Positions 49,473 through 60,463 of a stretch of DNA of 64,000 nucleotides are shown here, one piece after another. A model generated the notes under the pieces. The model worked only from the letters and a program-made list of their open reading frames with translations, was not told the origin of the DNA and made no database searches. Source of the DNA: a bacterium (GTDB lineage Bacteria; Desulfobacterota; DSWW01); NCBI GenBank assembly GCA_040756235.1, contig JBFLZG010000111.1, forward strand, positions 21,349 to 85,348, written 5' to 3'. The translations under genes were made by a program, and so were the position numbers. Position 1 is the first letter of the stretch. Every line of letters starts with the position of its first letter.

Positions 49473-49846
49473 TCTGCGCACCCCTTCACTTTCTCTATCT
49501 GCTTTCTTGACGATCTGCTTTCTTCACGATTGCCGGTCTCGCAAAGAGAAACGGCCTCCCCGTCGGCTCCGCGGACACGGAACCCTCTGTCAGCCGTAGT
49601 CATGCACGGGAGAGCGAAACTGGAGGGATTGACCTGCGAGAACCGCCCACAACCCGGGGCCGAAGGGCTGCATCGCTCTCCGCGCGCCCCGGGCGAAGCG
49701 GGCGACCTCCGCTGCTCACGAAGGTGCTCGCTTCCCCTGGGAAGGTCCGAAACGACCCTCTTCCCTACAGCATGGTGCTGACCGTTTCCAGTGCAAACGA
49801 TTAGATGCAGGTGCCGGGGAACCTGGGTAAGTGAGGCATCGCGTGG

Positions 49847-50416
49847 TCAGACTTCGGTCTTCAATTGCTTGCCCACGTGAAACGCCCGGGCGACCACCTC
49901 TCCCAGGCGCTGGTACTTCTGCACGGACGGTGAGTAGATCAGCGGATCGATCTTCCGCGGGTCGGGCTTTCCATCCGTGAGACATTGCTCCGTGACATGA
50001 GTCTCCAGGATCTCTCCGACGACCAGCTCGTGGGAGCCGATGTCGAGCGACTGGATGACCCTGCATTCCAGGTTGACCGGGCATGCCGTTACGAGCGGGG
50101 CCTTGGCGAGCCCCCCATAGAAGACATGAAACAGTTTCGACTTGTCCGTACTGCTGCCGGAGAAGATCCCGCAGTAATCCACTTCCCGCACCAGGTCCGC
50201 GCAAGGCACGTTGATCGAGAAGGCCCCGTTCGCCCGTATGCCCTTCAGCGTGTGACGGGTCTTGTTGATGGCAACCGAAACGGCAGGAGGCTTCATACAG
50301 GCGATGCCGCACCAGGCGGCGGTCATGAAGTTGGGGCTCCCGCCGACTTCAGCACCGACCAGGACGGCGGGCATGGGATAGAGCAGCGTCTGGGGGCCGA
50401 GTCGGGTCTTGGACAC
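49847..50416 (-). CDS. Flavin reductase-like (flavoredoxin) protein
   Basis: YPMPAVLVG, NFMTAAW, FSINVP, NLEC..GSH..VGEI; GTG start with AGGAGG. Confidence 0.9.
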   Translation of the reverse strand: MSKTRLGPQTLLYPMPAVLVGAEVGGSPNFMTAAWCGIACMKPPAVSVAINKTRHTLKGIRANGAFSINVPCADLVREVDYCGIFSGSSTDKSKLFHVFYGGLAKAPLVTACPVNLECRVIQSLDIGSHELVVGEILETHVTEQCLTDGKPDPRKIDPLIYSPSVQKYQRLGEVVARAFHVGKQLKTEV

Positions 50417-50704
50417 GGGCGGTCCTCCTCTCACGGCGCATGGCCGTGCAATGGTTCGCATACGCGTTTTCCGTCATGCCGGAGCCAAGTTTGTCACCTC
50501 GTGACGAATCCGGCATCGACCGGCACGAACACGGTCGGGATCCATCCGGTCCGCCGGGAACGGCTCGAAAGCACGGAAACCTTAGGAACACCGCATAGAT
50601 GGAACCGGCTCATGTGGCGCAAGGGCGGATCGAGGCACGAGCATTGCATCATGCCCCAACTCGAGTCAAGGGATCCGCAACCCCACAGCTCGAGAGATGA
50701 CGCC

Positions 50705-52000
50705 ATGAGATCCACAGGTAGCGGTGCCCGCCCGGTTTGCTTCCTCCTGTTTTTCTGTTCCCTGATTCCGTTGATCGCCGCCCCGGATGAAGCCGGTGCC
50801 GTCGTATACGTGCACCAGAGCCCCGTTGCGCTGTCCTGGGGAAGCGCGGACGGCCCCGTGGATCACTATAACATTTATCTTTCTACCAACAACCAGCCAT
50901 TCGTGCTCCGGGGGCAGGCGACGTCCAACTCTCTCTCTTTGCCCGTGGCAGACGGCAGCCGGTACCTCGTCCAGGTCGAGGCAGAGAGCGCAGAGGGGGC
51001 CATCGGCCCGCTGTCGGACCCGTCGGACGAGCTCGTGGTCTTCCTGAACGGCTCGGCTGCGGATACCGACGGAGACAGTATGCCGAACGCCTGGGAGGTC
51101 CTGTACGGTCTCAGCCCCTACACCCCGGCCGACGGGGCGGAAGACGCGGATGGCGACGGCCTCTCGAATGCCGCCGAGTACCTCGCAGGCACCGTTCCCA
51201 CCGATCCGGACACGGACGATGACGGGGTCCCGGACGGCGCGCCGCCATCGGGCGGACAGGACGATCCTCCGCAGCCCGATCCGGATTGCGCGGAGTGGAT
51301 CCCGGAGGATGCCTTCTTGCTGCCGGAAGCGGGAGCCTATGGAAAGATCAGCGGAGGGGACCCGCAACACGTGCAGGAGGTCCATTACGCATTCGCGGCC
51401 GAGCCCGGGAACATCCTCACGGTTTCCTACCAGGCCTGGGACGTGGACTTTGCATATGAAGTCGAGATCCTCGTCAACGGGCAATCCGTCGGCTTCGCCG
51501 CCAAGACCGGGACAAACGTCTGGGGCCCTACCCAGACGCTCTTCCTCCCGGACAACCTGTTCAACGAATCATGCCCCAACCTCCTCACCTTCCGGAACAC
51601 CTACAACCCTCCTCGGACGTTCTGGTGGGGCGTCAGGGAGGTGCAGCTCGGCGGTCCCCCCCACCCTCTGCCGGACACAGGTGCATACGGAAGGATCCCG
51701 GACGGCGATCTGTCGCACGGCAATCAATTCGTCTGCAGCTTCTCCGGAACCACAGGAAACGTGACCCTCCGCTATGAGGCCTACGACGTCGATTATGCGG
51801 ACGAAGTGGAGATCACCGTCAACGGCGAGCCGATCGATTTCGCTCCCAAGACCGTGAACAACTCCTGGGGCCCTGCCCACGAGATCCTCGTCCCGGATGA
51901 ATTCGTCAACAACTCCTCTACCAACCTGGTCATCTTCCGGAACACCCGCAATCCTCCCAAGAAGTACTGGTGGGGCGTGAGAAACATTTCCCTGCAGTGA
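50705..52000 (+). CDS. Secreted protein: FN3-like domain, TSP3-like Ca-binding repeats, two tandem C-terminal domains
   Basis: Signal peptide; LSW..YNIY..Y.VQVEA..GPLS; DTDGD/DADGDG/DTDDDG; duplicated LPxxGAYGxIxxGD...WWGVR. Confidence 0.8.
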   Translation: MRSTGSGARPVCFLLFFCSLIPLIAAPDEAGAVVYVHQSPVALSWGSADGPVDHYNIYLSTNNQPFVLRGQATSNSLSLPVADGSRYLVQVEAESAEGAIGPLSDPSDELVVFLNGSAADTDGDSMPNAWEVLYGLSPYTPADGAEDADGDGLSNAAEYLAGTVPTDPDTDDDGVPDGAPPSGGQDDPPQPDPDCAEWIPEDAFLLPEAGAYGKISGGDPQHVQEVHYAFAAEPGNILTVSYQAWDVDFAYEVEILVNGQSVGFAAKTGTNVWGPTQTLFLPDNLFNESCPNLLTFRNTYNPPRTFWWGVREVQLGGPPHPLPDTGAYGRIPDGDLSHGNQFVCSFSGTTGNVTLRYEAYDVDYADEVEITVNGEPIDFAPKTVNNSWGPAHEILVPDEFVNNSSTNLVIFRNTRNPPKKYWWGVRNISLQ

Positions 52001-52349
52001 TCCGATCTGACACGAACCCGTTGGATCACCGTGGTGCATTCCATGGCTGCACCCTGTAGGCACCGGTGCGGCCGATTCCCTCGCCATCCAAGAGATCGTC
52101 CAAGCAACAGCATCCGCATGCGCTTCCGCTAATCCTGCGCAACCTTCCTGCTGCTGCTGCCAGGTTGCTCCTGCTCACGTGGCTCCTTTCACGGAAGTGC
52201 CGCGCCACATGGTACCCCTGCGGGTCATTTCGATTCCCCGCTCATCGATATAGTATAATCTCGCCCGGCGGTGGCCGGATTTCGGCCTGACCGATCCCTC
52301 CGTATTCGTCACTGTCAAGATCCCACCGTGCAAGAAAGAGGAGGCTGAC

Positions 52350-54353
52350 ATGTATGACCCGGAAACGACCAAGGGAGGCACTCACCCGATGCTCTCGTCG
52401 CTGCCGCCGCAACGGACGGCCAAGGGGAAGGTGGTAACGGCCCAGGAGGCCGTGCAGGTCATTCGGGACGGGGACACCGTCGCTACCGGCGGGTTCGTCG
52501 GAATCGGCTTTGCCGAAGAGATTGCCGCTGCCTTGGAAGCGCACTTTCTGGATCACGGCAAACCCCGGGACCTGACCCTGCTTTACGCCGCGGGGCAGGG
52601 AGACGGGGCTCGCCGCGGCCTGAACCACCTCGGCCACGAAGGGCTCGTCCGGCGGGTCATCGGCGGTCACTGGGGCCTGGTCCCCAAGCTCCAGGAGCTG
52701 GCCATGGCCGACAAGATCGTGGCCTACAACCTCCCCCAGGGGGTGATCTCCCACATGTACCGGGACATCGCCGCCAAGAAACCACGCACCATCACCGCCG
52801 TCGGCGTGGGAACGTTCGTGGATCCGGAAAACGGCGGCGGCAAGATCAACGCGGTCACCACCGAGGACATGGTGGAGCGGATCGTCTTCGACGGACAGGT
52901 CTATCTCGCCTACAAGACCTTGCCCATCGACGTGGCCATCCTCAGGGGAACAACGGCTGACACCGACGGCAACATCACCATGGAAAAAGAAGCCCTCACT
53001 CTGGAATCGCTGGCCATCGCCACCGCAGCACGCAACTCCGGGGGCTTTGTCATCGTCCAGGTCGAGCGCATTGCAGAGCGGGGAACGCTCCATGCCCGGC
53101 AGGTGAAGATCCCCGGGATCCTGGTCGACTGCGTGGTCGTGTCCAGGCCCGAGAACCACTGGCAGACCTTTGCAGAGGTATACAATCCCGCCTTCTCGAG
53201 CGAAATTCGGGTTCCGATCCGGTCCATCGCCCCGATGGAGATGTCGGCACAGAAGATCATCGCCCGGCGCTCCGCCTTCGAGCTCAAGGCCAACAGCGTG
53301 GTCAATCTCGGCATCGGCATGCCCGAGGGGATCTCTTCGGTGGCTAACGAAGAAAAGATCATCGACTACATCACGCTGACGGCCGAGCCGGGCGTCATCG
53401 GGGGCCTGCCGGCAGGAGGGCTCAGCTTCGGTGCCGCCACCAACACCATCGCAGTCATCGACCAGCCCTCCCAGTTCGACTTCTACGACGGCGGCGGCCT
53501 CGACATCGCCTTTCTGGGGCTGGCCCAGGCCGACAGAGAAGGGAACGTCAACGTGAGCAAGTTCGGACCGAAGCTGGCCGGCGCCGGGGGTTTCATCAAC
53601 ATCAGCCAGAACGCCAAGGCGGTCGTCTTTTGCGGCACGTTCACGGCCGGGGGGCTCAAAACCGAGGTTGCGAAGGGCCGCCTGAAGATCGTCGACGAAG
53701 GCCAGGCCACCAAGTTCGTCGACCGGGCCGAGCACGTCACCTTCAGCGGGAAGGTGGCCGCCGCCAAGGGACAGCAGGTGCTCTACGTGACCGAGCGTTG
53801 CGTCTTCTCGCTCAGCCCGGAGGGCATCGAGCTGGTCGAGATCGCCCCGGGAATCGATCTCGAAAGGGACGTCCTTGCCCGGATGGGCTTCACACCCGTC
53901 ATCCGGGGAACGCCCAGGCTGATGGACGGCCGGATTTTCGAGGAAGATCCCATGGGCATCCGGGAGGAGATGCTCGAGCTTTCGCTGTCCGAGCGTCTGA
54001 CCTACGATCCGGAGGAAAACCGCTTTTTCGTCAACTTCGAAGGGTTCTCCGTCCGCTCGAGCCGGGAGGTTAGGGAGGTCAAAGCGGCGGTTTACCGGAT
54101 CCTGGCCCCACTCGACCGGAAGGTCTACACCATCGTCAACTACGACAACTTCTTCATCGCTCCGGATGTGGTCGACGAATACACCGAGATGGTCAAGGGC
54201 CTCGTGGACCGGTTCTACTCCGGGGTCACTCGGTACACCACCAGCACCTTCATGAGGATGAAGATCGGCGATGCCCTCAAGAAGAGCAAGGTGGCTCCGT
54301 TCATTTACAAAAACAGAGGAGAGGCAGCAAAGGCGGTGCAAAAGAAGGTGTAG
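52350..54353 (+). CDS. Acyl-CoA:acetate/3-ketoacid CoA-transferase (Pct/YdiF family) with C-terminal extension
   Basis: [50 protein letters not shown]. Confidence 0.93.
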   Translation: MYDPETTKGGTHPMLSSLPPQRTAKGKVVTAQEAVQVIRDGDTVATGGFVGIGFAEEIAAALEAHFLDHGKPRDLTLLYAAGQGDGARRGLNHLGHEGLVRRVIGGHWGLVPKLQELAMADKIVAYNLPQGVISHMYRDIAAKKPRTITAVGVGTFVDPENGGGKINAVTTEDMVERIVFDGQVYLAYKTLPIDVAILRGTTADTDGNITMEKEALTLESLAIATAARNSGGFVIVQVERIAERGTLHARQVKIPGILVDCVVVSRPENHWQTFAEVYNPAFSSEIRVPIRSIAPMEMSAQKIIARRSAFELKANSVVNLGIGMPEGISSVANEEKIIDYITLTAEPGVIGGLPAGGLSFGAATNTIAVIDQPSQFDFYDGGGLDIAFLGLAQADREGNVNVSKFGPKLAGAGGFINISQNAKAVVFCGTFTAGGLKTEVAKGRLKIVDEGQATKFVDRAEHVTFSGKVAAAKGQQVLYVTERCVFSLSPEGIELVEIAPGIDLERDVLARMGFTPVIRGTPRLMDGRIFEEDPMGIREEMLELSLSERLTYDPEENRFFVNFEGFSVRSSREVREVKAAVYRILAPLDRKVYTIVNYDNFFIAPDVVDEYTEMVKGLVDRFYSGVTRYTTSTFMRMKIGDALKKSKVAPFIYKNRGEAAKAVQKKV

Positions 54354-54416
54354 ACAGCCAGCTAGAGAAGGCTCAAAGAATCTCCGGAAATCCCAAGCCC
54401 TGCGCAACAGCCTGGT

Positions 54417-55655
54417 CTAGCGGCGGGTGGAGGTTTTCGCCCTGCCCACCCTTTTCTCGATGACTCTCTGCTTCGCAGCCCACTGCGTATACTGGGGGTT
54501 GTACCTCTCCAGCCCGCTCTCCGGGTTCAGGACGCATTTTACCGGCAGTCCCCCCAGGATCCGCGCCATACAGCCCTTGTTGCATCTCCGGCACTTCCTG
54601 ATATCTGCGAGCCGACCTGCCTTCACCTTGTTCGCCCAGTCCGGGTCGGCGATGAGCTGCCTCCCCAGAGCGATCATGTCCGTCATCCCCTCGCTCAGCG
54701 CTCTCGCTGCCAGCTCAGGGTCGTGGACAGAGGGGGTGATCACCGGCACTCTCGTCAGTTTCTTGAAGCCGGCCGATGCCTCCAGCATGCTGGCGTCCTC
54801 GTCCGGGTAGACGTACTTGACCGCCGAGGCACAACCGTCCGTGGTATGAAGGTAATCGATCCCCTCTTGCTCCAGCCTCTGCACCACGACCTTCATGTCC
54901 TCGTACGTCAGCCCTCCCGGCACATGCTCCGAGGCGCTTGCCCTCACCCCCACGACCATGTCGCTGCCCACCGCCGCCTTCGCCCTTCGCACGAACTCCA
55001 GCAGCAGGCGCATCCGATTCTCGAACGTACCCCCGTAGGCGTCGGTGCGAAGATTGAAGCGAGGGGAAAGAAACTCGTGCAGCAGCCAGCCGTGACCGGC
55101 ATGGATCTCCAGCCCGTCGAATCCGACCCTGCGCGCCATGATGGCCGCGTTGACGAAGGCCTCCAGCTCCCGCTCGATCTCCGCAACAGACATCTCCCGC
55201 GGTACTTCCTCGCGCATGAATGGGACGAGCACCTCCTGGCAGTTCCTGGGAATCATTTCCGGCGGTATCTTGAAGGTCACGGCCGAGGGCCCCACCAGTT
55301 GCTCGCCAACCAGAGAGAACCCTTGGGCGCCCATACCCATGGTGAACTGGACAAAGGTCCTGGCACCGAAGGCGTGGATGGTGTCGACCAGCTCGGCCAA
55401 ACCCATCATGTGGCCCGGCTCGTAGAGAGCCGGCACGTTGAAGGGCGCAGTATCCAGGGCCCATTTGCTCACGAACACGGACTCGACGATGATGAGGCCC
55501 ACACCGCCGCGGGCTCTGGCCCCGTAAAAGGCAAGCTGCTGCTCGCTGATCTTGGTCCCGTCCGCATAGCGGCAGACCATGGGGCACATCGCCACCCGGT
55601 TGCGAATGTCGACCTTGCCGATCCGAATGGGTTCAAATAGCTTTTGAAGCTGCAT
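54417..55655 (-). CDS. OYE-family NADH:flavin oxidoreductase (TIM barrel plus Fe-S motif, no FAD domain)
   Basis: DGLEIHAGHGWLLHEFLSP.FN.RTD.YGG..ENR, GRQLIADP, CRRCNKGC..C. Confidence 0.92.
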   Translation of the reverse strand: MQLQKLFEPIRIGKVDIRNRVAMCPMVCRYADGTKISEQQLAFYGARARGGVGLIIVESVFVSKWALDTAPFNVPALYEPGHMMGLAELVDTIHAFGARTFVQFTMGMGAQGFSLVGEQLVGPSAVTFKIPPEMIPRNCQEVLVPFMREEVPREMSVAEIERELEAFVNAAIMARRVGFDGLEIHAGHGWLLHEFLSPRFNLRTDAYGGTFENRMRLLLEFVRRAKAAVGSDMVVGVRASASEHVPGGLTYEDMKVVVQRLEQEGIDYLHTTDGCASAVKYVYPDEDASMLEASAGFKKLTRVPVITPSVHDPELAARALSEGMTDMIALGRQLIADPDWANKVKAGRLADIRKCRRCNKGCMARILGGLPVKCVLNPESGLERYNPQYTQWAAKQRVIEKRVGRAKTSTRR

Positions 55656-55749
55656 TTTGCTGACTCCTCTTCCTGTGTCGCCCTTCTCCATCGAGCCGAG
55701 ACCGGCCCCTCGCCGCGGACTCCCAAGCGTCGTCCTGGCTGCAGTCCCG

Positions 55750-55810
55750 TCGTGGAGGTGTTGCAGCCGATGCAGAGGTTCTGGGCGACCGCCAACGCAT
55801 ATCTCGCCAT
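55750..55810 (-). pseudogene. N-terminal stub of a DmsB/NrfC-type 4Fe-4S beta subunit
   Basis: MARYALAVAQNLCIGCNTS starts 2 nt after the Mo enzyme stop; similarity ends at the first cluster motif. Confidence 0.65.
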
Positions 55811-55812
55811 GA

Positions 55813-58407
55813 CTACCCCTGCACTTTATAGATCTTCACGCGGGCGCAGACATCGATCTGGCCGGACAGGGGGTCCACCATGTCCCAGCCGAACGGCTGC
55901 AGGCTGTTGGAGTTGACCCCTTTGCCCCTGGAAATCGGCTTGCCGTGCGCCCAATGTCCGAGAATCCCCAGCGTCCCCACGACCTGCGGATGCACGCATT
56001 CCGTCACGCGCACGCGACCCTGGACCTTGCCCGCTGTCGACTCCACGCACACCCTGTCTCCGTCGCGGATCCCACGCTTCTCGGCGGCGCTGGTGTGGAG
56101 GAGAATGCGGTAGTCCAGCGGGCTCCGGGTGGCGATGTCGTCGACCCAGGCATTCTCCGAATTGATCGTGTGCCCCAGCAGCGGCAGCTTGCTGTTGGCA
56201 AGGAACAGATCATAGCCGGGCGGCGGGGCGGCATAGGCGGAACAGGGATGCCAGTCCGGCAGCGGCCGATACCAGGAGGTGTCCCACCAGTCCATTCCCA
56301 GCTGGCGCGTCACCTTCTCGACCTGCTGACCCGCCTCGATGAAGTGCTCATAATAGATCGGTATGCGGACGTCCAGCACGGTGCCGGCATAGGCCTCTTC
56401 CGGGGTCTTCTCGTACAGGTGGATCGAAGAGGTCCTCTGGAAGAGAGCGTCTTCGTGGTCCTTCCCTTCGATGATCCTCCTGATCGCTCCCACCTGCCGC
56501 TTGCAGATTTCCTCCGCGGTGTACAACTGCTCCCGCTCGAGCTTCTTGTCCCCGCCGATCGCCTCCAGCATGCCCCACTGATTGATGATCGCGTTCATCT
56601 CGCCCAGGATGCCGAGCCGCTTGCCGATCTCCATCAGCACGTCCAGCCAGTTGCGCAACCCGGCAGGCGGCGCCACGACGGGCTGACAGATCTGCATGTG
56701 CCAGGGCCCGGGGCCGGGGACGATCATGCCGGCGGGCTGATTGGCGGGAAACAGCCAGTAGCGCTCGAAATCATGGGTCTCGGGCAGGACGATGTCCGCG
56801 AACTCCGACGTCTCGTCCACCTGGCGGGCGAAGGCGAGGATGAAATCGAGCTTGCCGAGCCACTCCGCGATCGCATTCGGATCGTGGAACGACATGAGGA
56901 AGTTCGTGCGGCACAGGATGAGCGCGGCGGGCTGGTACGGGAGATGGAAGCGCTCGGGGTCGTGCATCGAGTAGTGCGGCATGCTGGCCAGGAAGCCGCT
57001 CACCGGGAACAGCCCGCGCAGGTCGAAGGTATCGGGCGGACGCGCCTCGATCGGCGGATAGGGCGCCATGAAGCCATCCCACCGGCCCATGCGCTCGAGG
57101 GCGGGAACCGTCAGAATTCCATCCGGTCCTTTCTCGGCCCGCCACAGGTTGAACGGCCCGATAGGGTTCGTGCCCAGCTCCCCGCCGGGAACATCCATCG
57201 CCCCTACCACGATGTTCATGAGCTGCAAGGCGATACAGGTGAACATGCCGTTCTTGTGCGCGCTGGCGCCGCGCTTCCACTCGATGGCCGCAGGCCGGAA
57301 GGGCACCGCCCGCCCGCCGAGCTCTGTCGTCGCCCCGATCTGGGCCGCCTCCGCGAACTCTTTCGCCAGACGCCTGATGGTCTCTGCCGGAATCGTGGTG
57401 ATCTCCGCCACGTTCTCAGGCGAGTACGCCCGCACGTGCTCCTTGAGAAGAGCGAAGGCGGGCCGACAGGTCTTGCCCCCGACAAGGAAGCTGCCCTCCA
57501 GCGCGTAGTCCTTTACCGGCGCATCGTAGGGCCTGACCTCCCCGGCTTCGAGGTCCCACACCAGCGGCTGGAGGCTGCCCTCCTCGCGCACGTAGTGCCC
57601 GTCATCCCCGATCAGGTACGGGCCGTTGGTACGCCGCTTGAGGAACTCCGCATCGCAGATCCCCAGCTCGTTGAGCAGCACGTTCACCATGCCCAGGGCG
57701 AACGCACCGTCCGTGCCGGGCAGGATGGGAACCCACTCATCGGCCTTGGCAGCAGCGTGACTGCAGATGGGGTCGATCACGACCAGCCGCGCCCCGCGCC
57801 GCCGAGCGTCGGCCATGTGGGCAATGGCCTGCAGCGTGTTGTTGTTCGCGCCGAGGCCGAGCTGGGAGCCGCACAGCAGGATGTAGTTGCAGAGCCGCAG
57901 GTCGACCTCGGAATTGACCGTGCCGTGGGTCAGCATGAACTGCGTATGCAGGCCGGAACCGCAATAGGTGGCGTTGATGAAGGTGAAGTTTGGCGAGCCG
58001 AAGGCCCTGGTGAACGCAGCGCTGACGTACATGTTGAACTGATCGAAATCGGCGAACACCAGTTTCCGCGGGTCGTCTTTGCGCACCGCGTCCAGCTTCC
58101 CGACAATGGTATCCATGGCCTCGTCCCAGGAAATCGGCTGCCACCGCGGATCGACGCCCAGGCCCTTCACGGGATTCGTACGCTTCAGCGGGGTGGTGAC
58201 CCGGTTCGGGTCATACAGGTCGGCAATCCGCGCCAGCGCTTTCCCGCATGCCTTCCCTCGCGAGCTGACCACATCCGGGTCCCCTCTGAGCCCGGTCACG
58301 CGCCCGTCCTGTGTCCGGACCCGAATCGCGCAGGAGTTGAAACAGCCGTGGCACGTCGTGGGAATCCAGGTCTCCTCCCTCGCTGCCTGCTGCCTACGCC
58401 TTGCCAT
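55813..58407 (-). CDS. Cytoplasmic molybdopterin (bis-PGD) oxidoreductase catalytic subunit
   Basis: TCHGCFNSC..CGK Fe-S motif, PLKRTNP.KG, ISWDEA, ADEWVPI.PGTD, ADIVLP; no Tat signal. Confidence 0.93.
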   Translation of the reverse strand: MARRRQQAAREETWIPTTCHGCFNSCAIRVRTQDGRVTGLRGDPDVVSSRGKACGKALARIADLYDPNRVTTPLKRTNPVKGLGVDPRWQPISWDEAMDTIVGKLDAVRKDDPRKLVFADFDQFNMYVSAAFTRAFGSPNFTFINATYCGSGLHTQFMLTHGTVNSEVDLRLCNYILLCGSQLGLGANNNTLQAIAHMADARRRGARLVVIDPICSHAAAKADEWVPILPGTDGAFALGMVNVLLNELGICDAEFLKRRTNGPYLIGDDGHYVREEGSLQPLVWDLEAGEVRPYDAPVKDYALEGSFLVGGKTCRPAFALLKEHVRAYSPENVAEITTIPAETIRRLAKEFAEAAQIGATTELGGRAVPFRPAAIEWKRGASAHKNGMFTCIALQLMNIVVGAMDVPGGELGTNPIGPFNLWRAEKGPDGILTVPALERMGRWDGFMAPYPPIEARPPDTFDLRGLFPVSGFLASMPHYSMHDPERFHLPYQPAALILCRTNFLMSFHDPNAIAEWLGKLDFILAFARQVDETSEFADIVLPETHDFERYWLFPANQPAGMIVPGPGPWHMQICQPVVAPPAGLRNWLDVLMEIGKRLGILGEMNAIINQWGMLEAIGGDKKLEREQLYTAEEICKRQVGAIRRIIEGKDHEDALFQRTSSIHLYEKTPEEAYAGTVLDVRIPIYYEHFIEAGQQVEKVTRQLGMDWWDTSWYRPLPDWHPCSAYAAPPPGYDLFLANSKLPLLGHTINSENAWVDDIATRSPLDYRILLHTSAAEKRGIRDGDRVCVESTAGKVQGRVRVTECVHPQVVGTLGILGHWAHGKPISRGKGVNSNSLQPFGWDMVDPLSGQIDVCARVKIYKVQG

Positions 58408-58515
58408 GCCTTACGCCTCCCGTGAGCTGCTGTGCCTTTTTCCCGGATCCGCTCCCGTCGCGTGCGGGTCGGCGCGCCCCACGCCACCGCGGTAGAACCT
58501 GGCCTTCCGCTTGTG

Positions 58516-59046
58516 CTACGAGCTCTGTCGCCCTCCCCTGGCAAGGAAAGGCTTGAGGCCTCCTGCCATGAGGATGTCGTAAGGAGGACTCCCCTGAGGG
58601 AAGCCCTCCGCCTCCAGGGTCCTGCCGCTGCGCAAGTTCCTCACCTGCCCGCTGGAGATGTCGACCTCGAGGATGTCGCCCTCCTCCACCGCCGGGCTGA
58701 TTCCCCGACAGATCAGAGCCGGAAAACCCAGATTGACCGAGTTGCGGAGGAAGACACGAGCGATGGATTCGGCCAGAACGACCGAAATTCCCAGGACCTT
58801 GAGGAAGCGGGGAGCGGGGCGGGCAGAGCCACAGCCGAAGTTGCGGCCGGCGACCAGGAGGTCCCCCTGCTGCACCAGCTCGGCCCAGCCCGGACGATTG
58901 GCCTGCATGCAATTCCTGGCCATTGCCTGCCAGTCCACTTCCTGCTTGAGGCCCAACTGACCGAGCGTCTCGGTGCCGGGCATCATCAGGTCAGTGCTGA
59001 TGTTGTCGCCAAACTTCCAGACTCTGCCTCTGAACACGGTTTCCAT
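58516..59046 (-). CDS. LeuD-like aconitase swivel small subunit
   Basis: FGDNISTD, AGRNFGCGS, ARVFLRNSVNLG. Confidence 0.92.
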   Translation of the reverse strand: METVFRGRVWKFGDNISTDLMMPGTETLGQLGLKQEVDWQAMARNCMQANRPGWAELVQQGDLLVAGRNFGCGSARPAPRFLKVLGISVVLAESIARVFLRNSVNLGFPALICRGISPAVEEGDILEVDISSGQVRNLRSGRTLEAEGFPQGSPPYDILMAGGLKPFLARGGRQSS

Positions 59047-60326
59047 CAGCCACCTCCTGAAGCGAGGAGATCCCTCGGGTCGGTGACCTCCCCGGCCACT
59101 GCCGAGGCGGCCACCGTGGCAGGACTGGCCAGATAGACCTCAGCCTCGGGACTCCCCATGCGGCCCTGGAAGTTGCGATTGCTCGTCGAGATGCAGCGTT
59201 CGCCGGCAGCCAGCAGGCCCAGAGGACCGCCGCAGCAGGGACCGCAGGTGGAGTGGCAAACCAGGCATCCGGCCTCCGACAGAACGTCCAGATAGCCTGC
59301 TTGAAGAGCCAGTCGCCACTGTTCCTGAGAAGCAGGACTGACGATGAACCGGACGTCCGGGTGTACTTTGCGGCCCTTGAGGATCCGGGCCGTCACTTGC
59401 ATGTCCTCCAGGCGCCCGCTGGTGCAGGAGCCCAGGAAGGCTTGGTGGATCTTGATGTGCATGTCACTCACCTGGGAGACGGGCCGCACATTGCCCGGGT
59501 CGTGGGGCAGCGCCACCTGAGGCTCCATGCCCGTAACATCCACCGTGTAGACAGCCTCGTAGACAGCGTCAGGGTCAGCGATCACCGGCTGCGGCTCGCG
59601 TCGGATTCGCCCCGCGAGGAACTCCATCGTCTTCGCGTCGGCCTCGAACAGGGCGCATTTGGCTCCCAGCTCCACCCCCATATTGGCCATGCTGAAGCGG
59701 CTGCCCAAGGAGAGGGCCCTGGCTACCGGCCCGACGAACTCCACCGACTTGTAGATGGCCACATCCGTGCCGTGGCTCCCGGCGATCTTGAGGATGATGT
59801 CCTTGCCCACGATATACTCGGGCAGTTCCCCTACCAGCTCGAAGCGGATCGATTCGGGCACTCGCAGCCAGAGCTCGCCCTTGGCGATGACGTAGGGCGA
59901 CTCCTCCATGACCGGCACCCCCATGGCATTGAAGCAACCGTAGCTGGTCGAGTGAGAGTCAACGCTGGCGATGAGGTCGCCGGGAACCACGTAGCCGTTC
60001 TCTGGAAAGAGCTGGTGAAGGATGCCGTGACGGCCGAATTCGAACCAGTGCGTGATACCGTACTTCTTGACGAACGCCCTCAGAGCGGACACGTCCTGCG
60101 CCGCCTCGAGGTTGGGAGAAGGAGCCAGGTGGTCTTCCGTGCAGTAGACCCGTTCCGGGTCGAAAACTCTGTCTATTTTCAGCTCCTCCAGAAGCGGGCC
60201 GATCACTCGCATGAGCAGCCCGATAACGCCGGTGCCGTCGACCTTGGCCCAGACGTACTCCCCGGGCTTCACCTCTCTCCTGCCGCAATGGGCCGCTATG
60301 ATCTTCTCTGCCATGGTCATGCCCAT
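59046..60326 (-). CDS. LeuC/DmdA-like aconitase-family large subunit
   Basis: TMAEKI, DH, DSHS, GSCTSGR, TCGPCCG, STSNRNFQGRMG..YLASP. Confidence 0.94.
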   Translation of the reverse strand: MGMTMAEKIIAAHCGRREVKPGEYVWAKVDGTGVIGLLMRVIGPLLEELKIDRVFDPERVYCTEDHLAPSPNLEAAQDVSALRAFVKKYGITHWFEFGRHGILHQLFPENGYVVPGDLIASVDSHSTSYGCFNAMGVPVMEESPYVIAKGELWLRVPESIRFELVGELPEYIVGKDIILKIAGSHGTDVAIYKSVEFVGPVARALSLGSRFSMANMGVELGAKCALFEADAKTMEFLAGRIRREPQPVIADPDAVYEAVYTVDVTGMEPQVALPHDPGNVRPVSQVSDMHIKIHQAFLGSCTSGRLEDMQVTARILKGRKVHPDVRFIVSPASQEQWRLALQAGYLDVLSEAGCLVCHSTCGPCCGGPLGLLAAGERCISTSNRNFQGRMGSPEAEVYLASPATVAASAVAGEVTDPRDLLASGGG

Positions 60327-60463
60327 GACCCACACCTCCCTCTTGCGAAGACAGAATCGACCAGGATCCGCCGCGGAGCGAACAGCATGTGACGATCCCT
60401 CCCGGGTGCCACCTGGCCTCGTCCCGAGGCACGAGCAAGAGCTTTTCCAGCCATGGCCATCAC

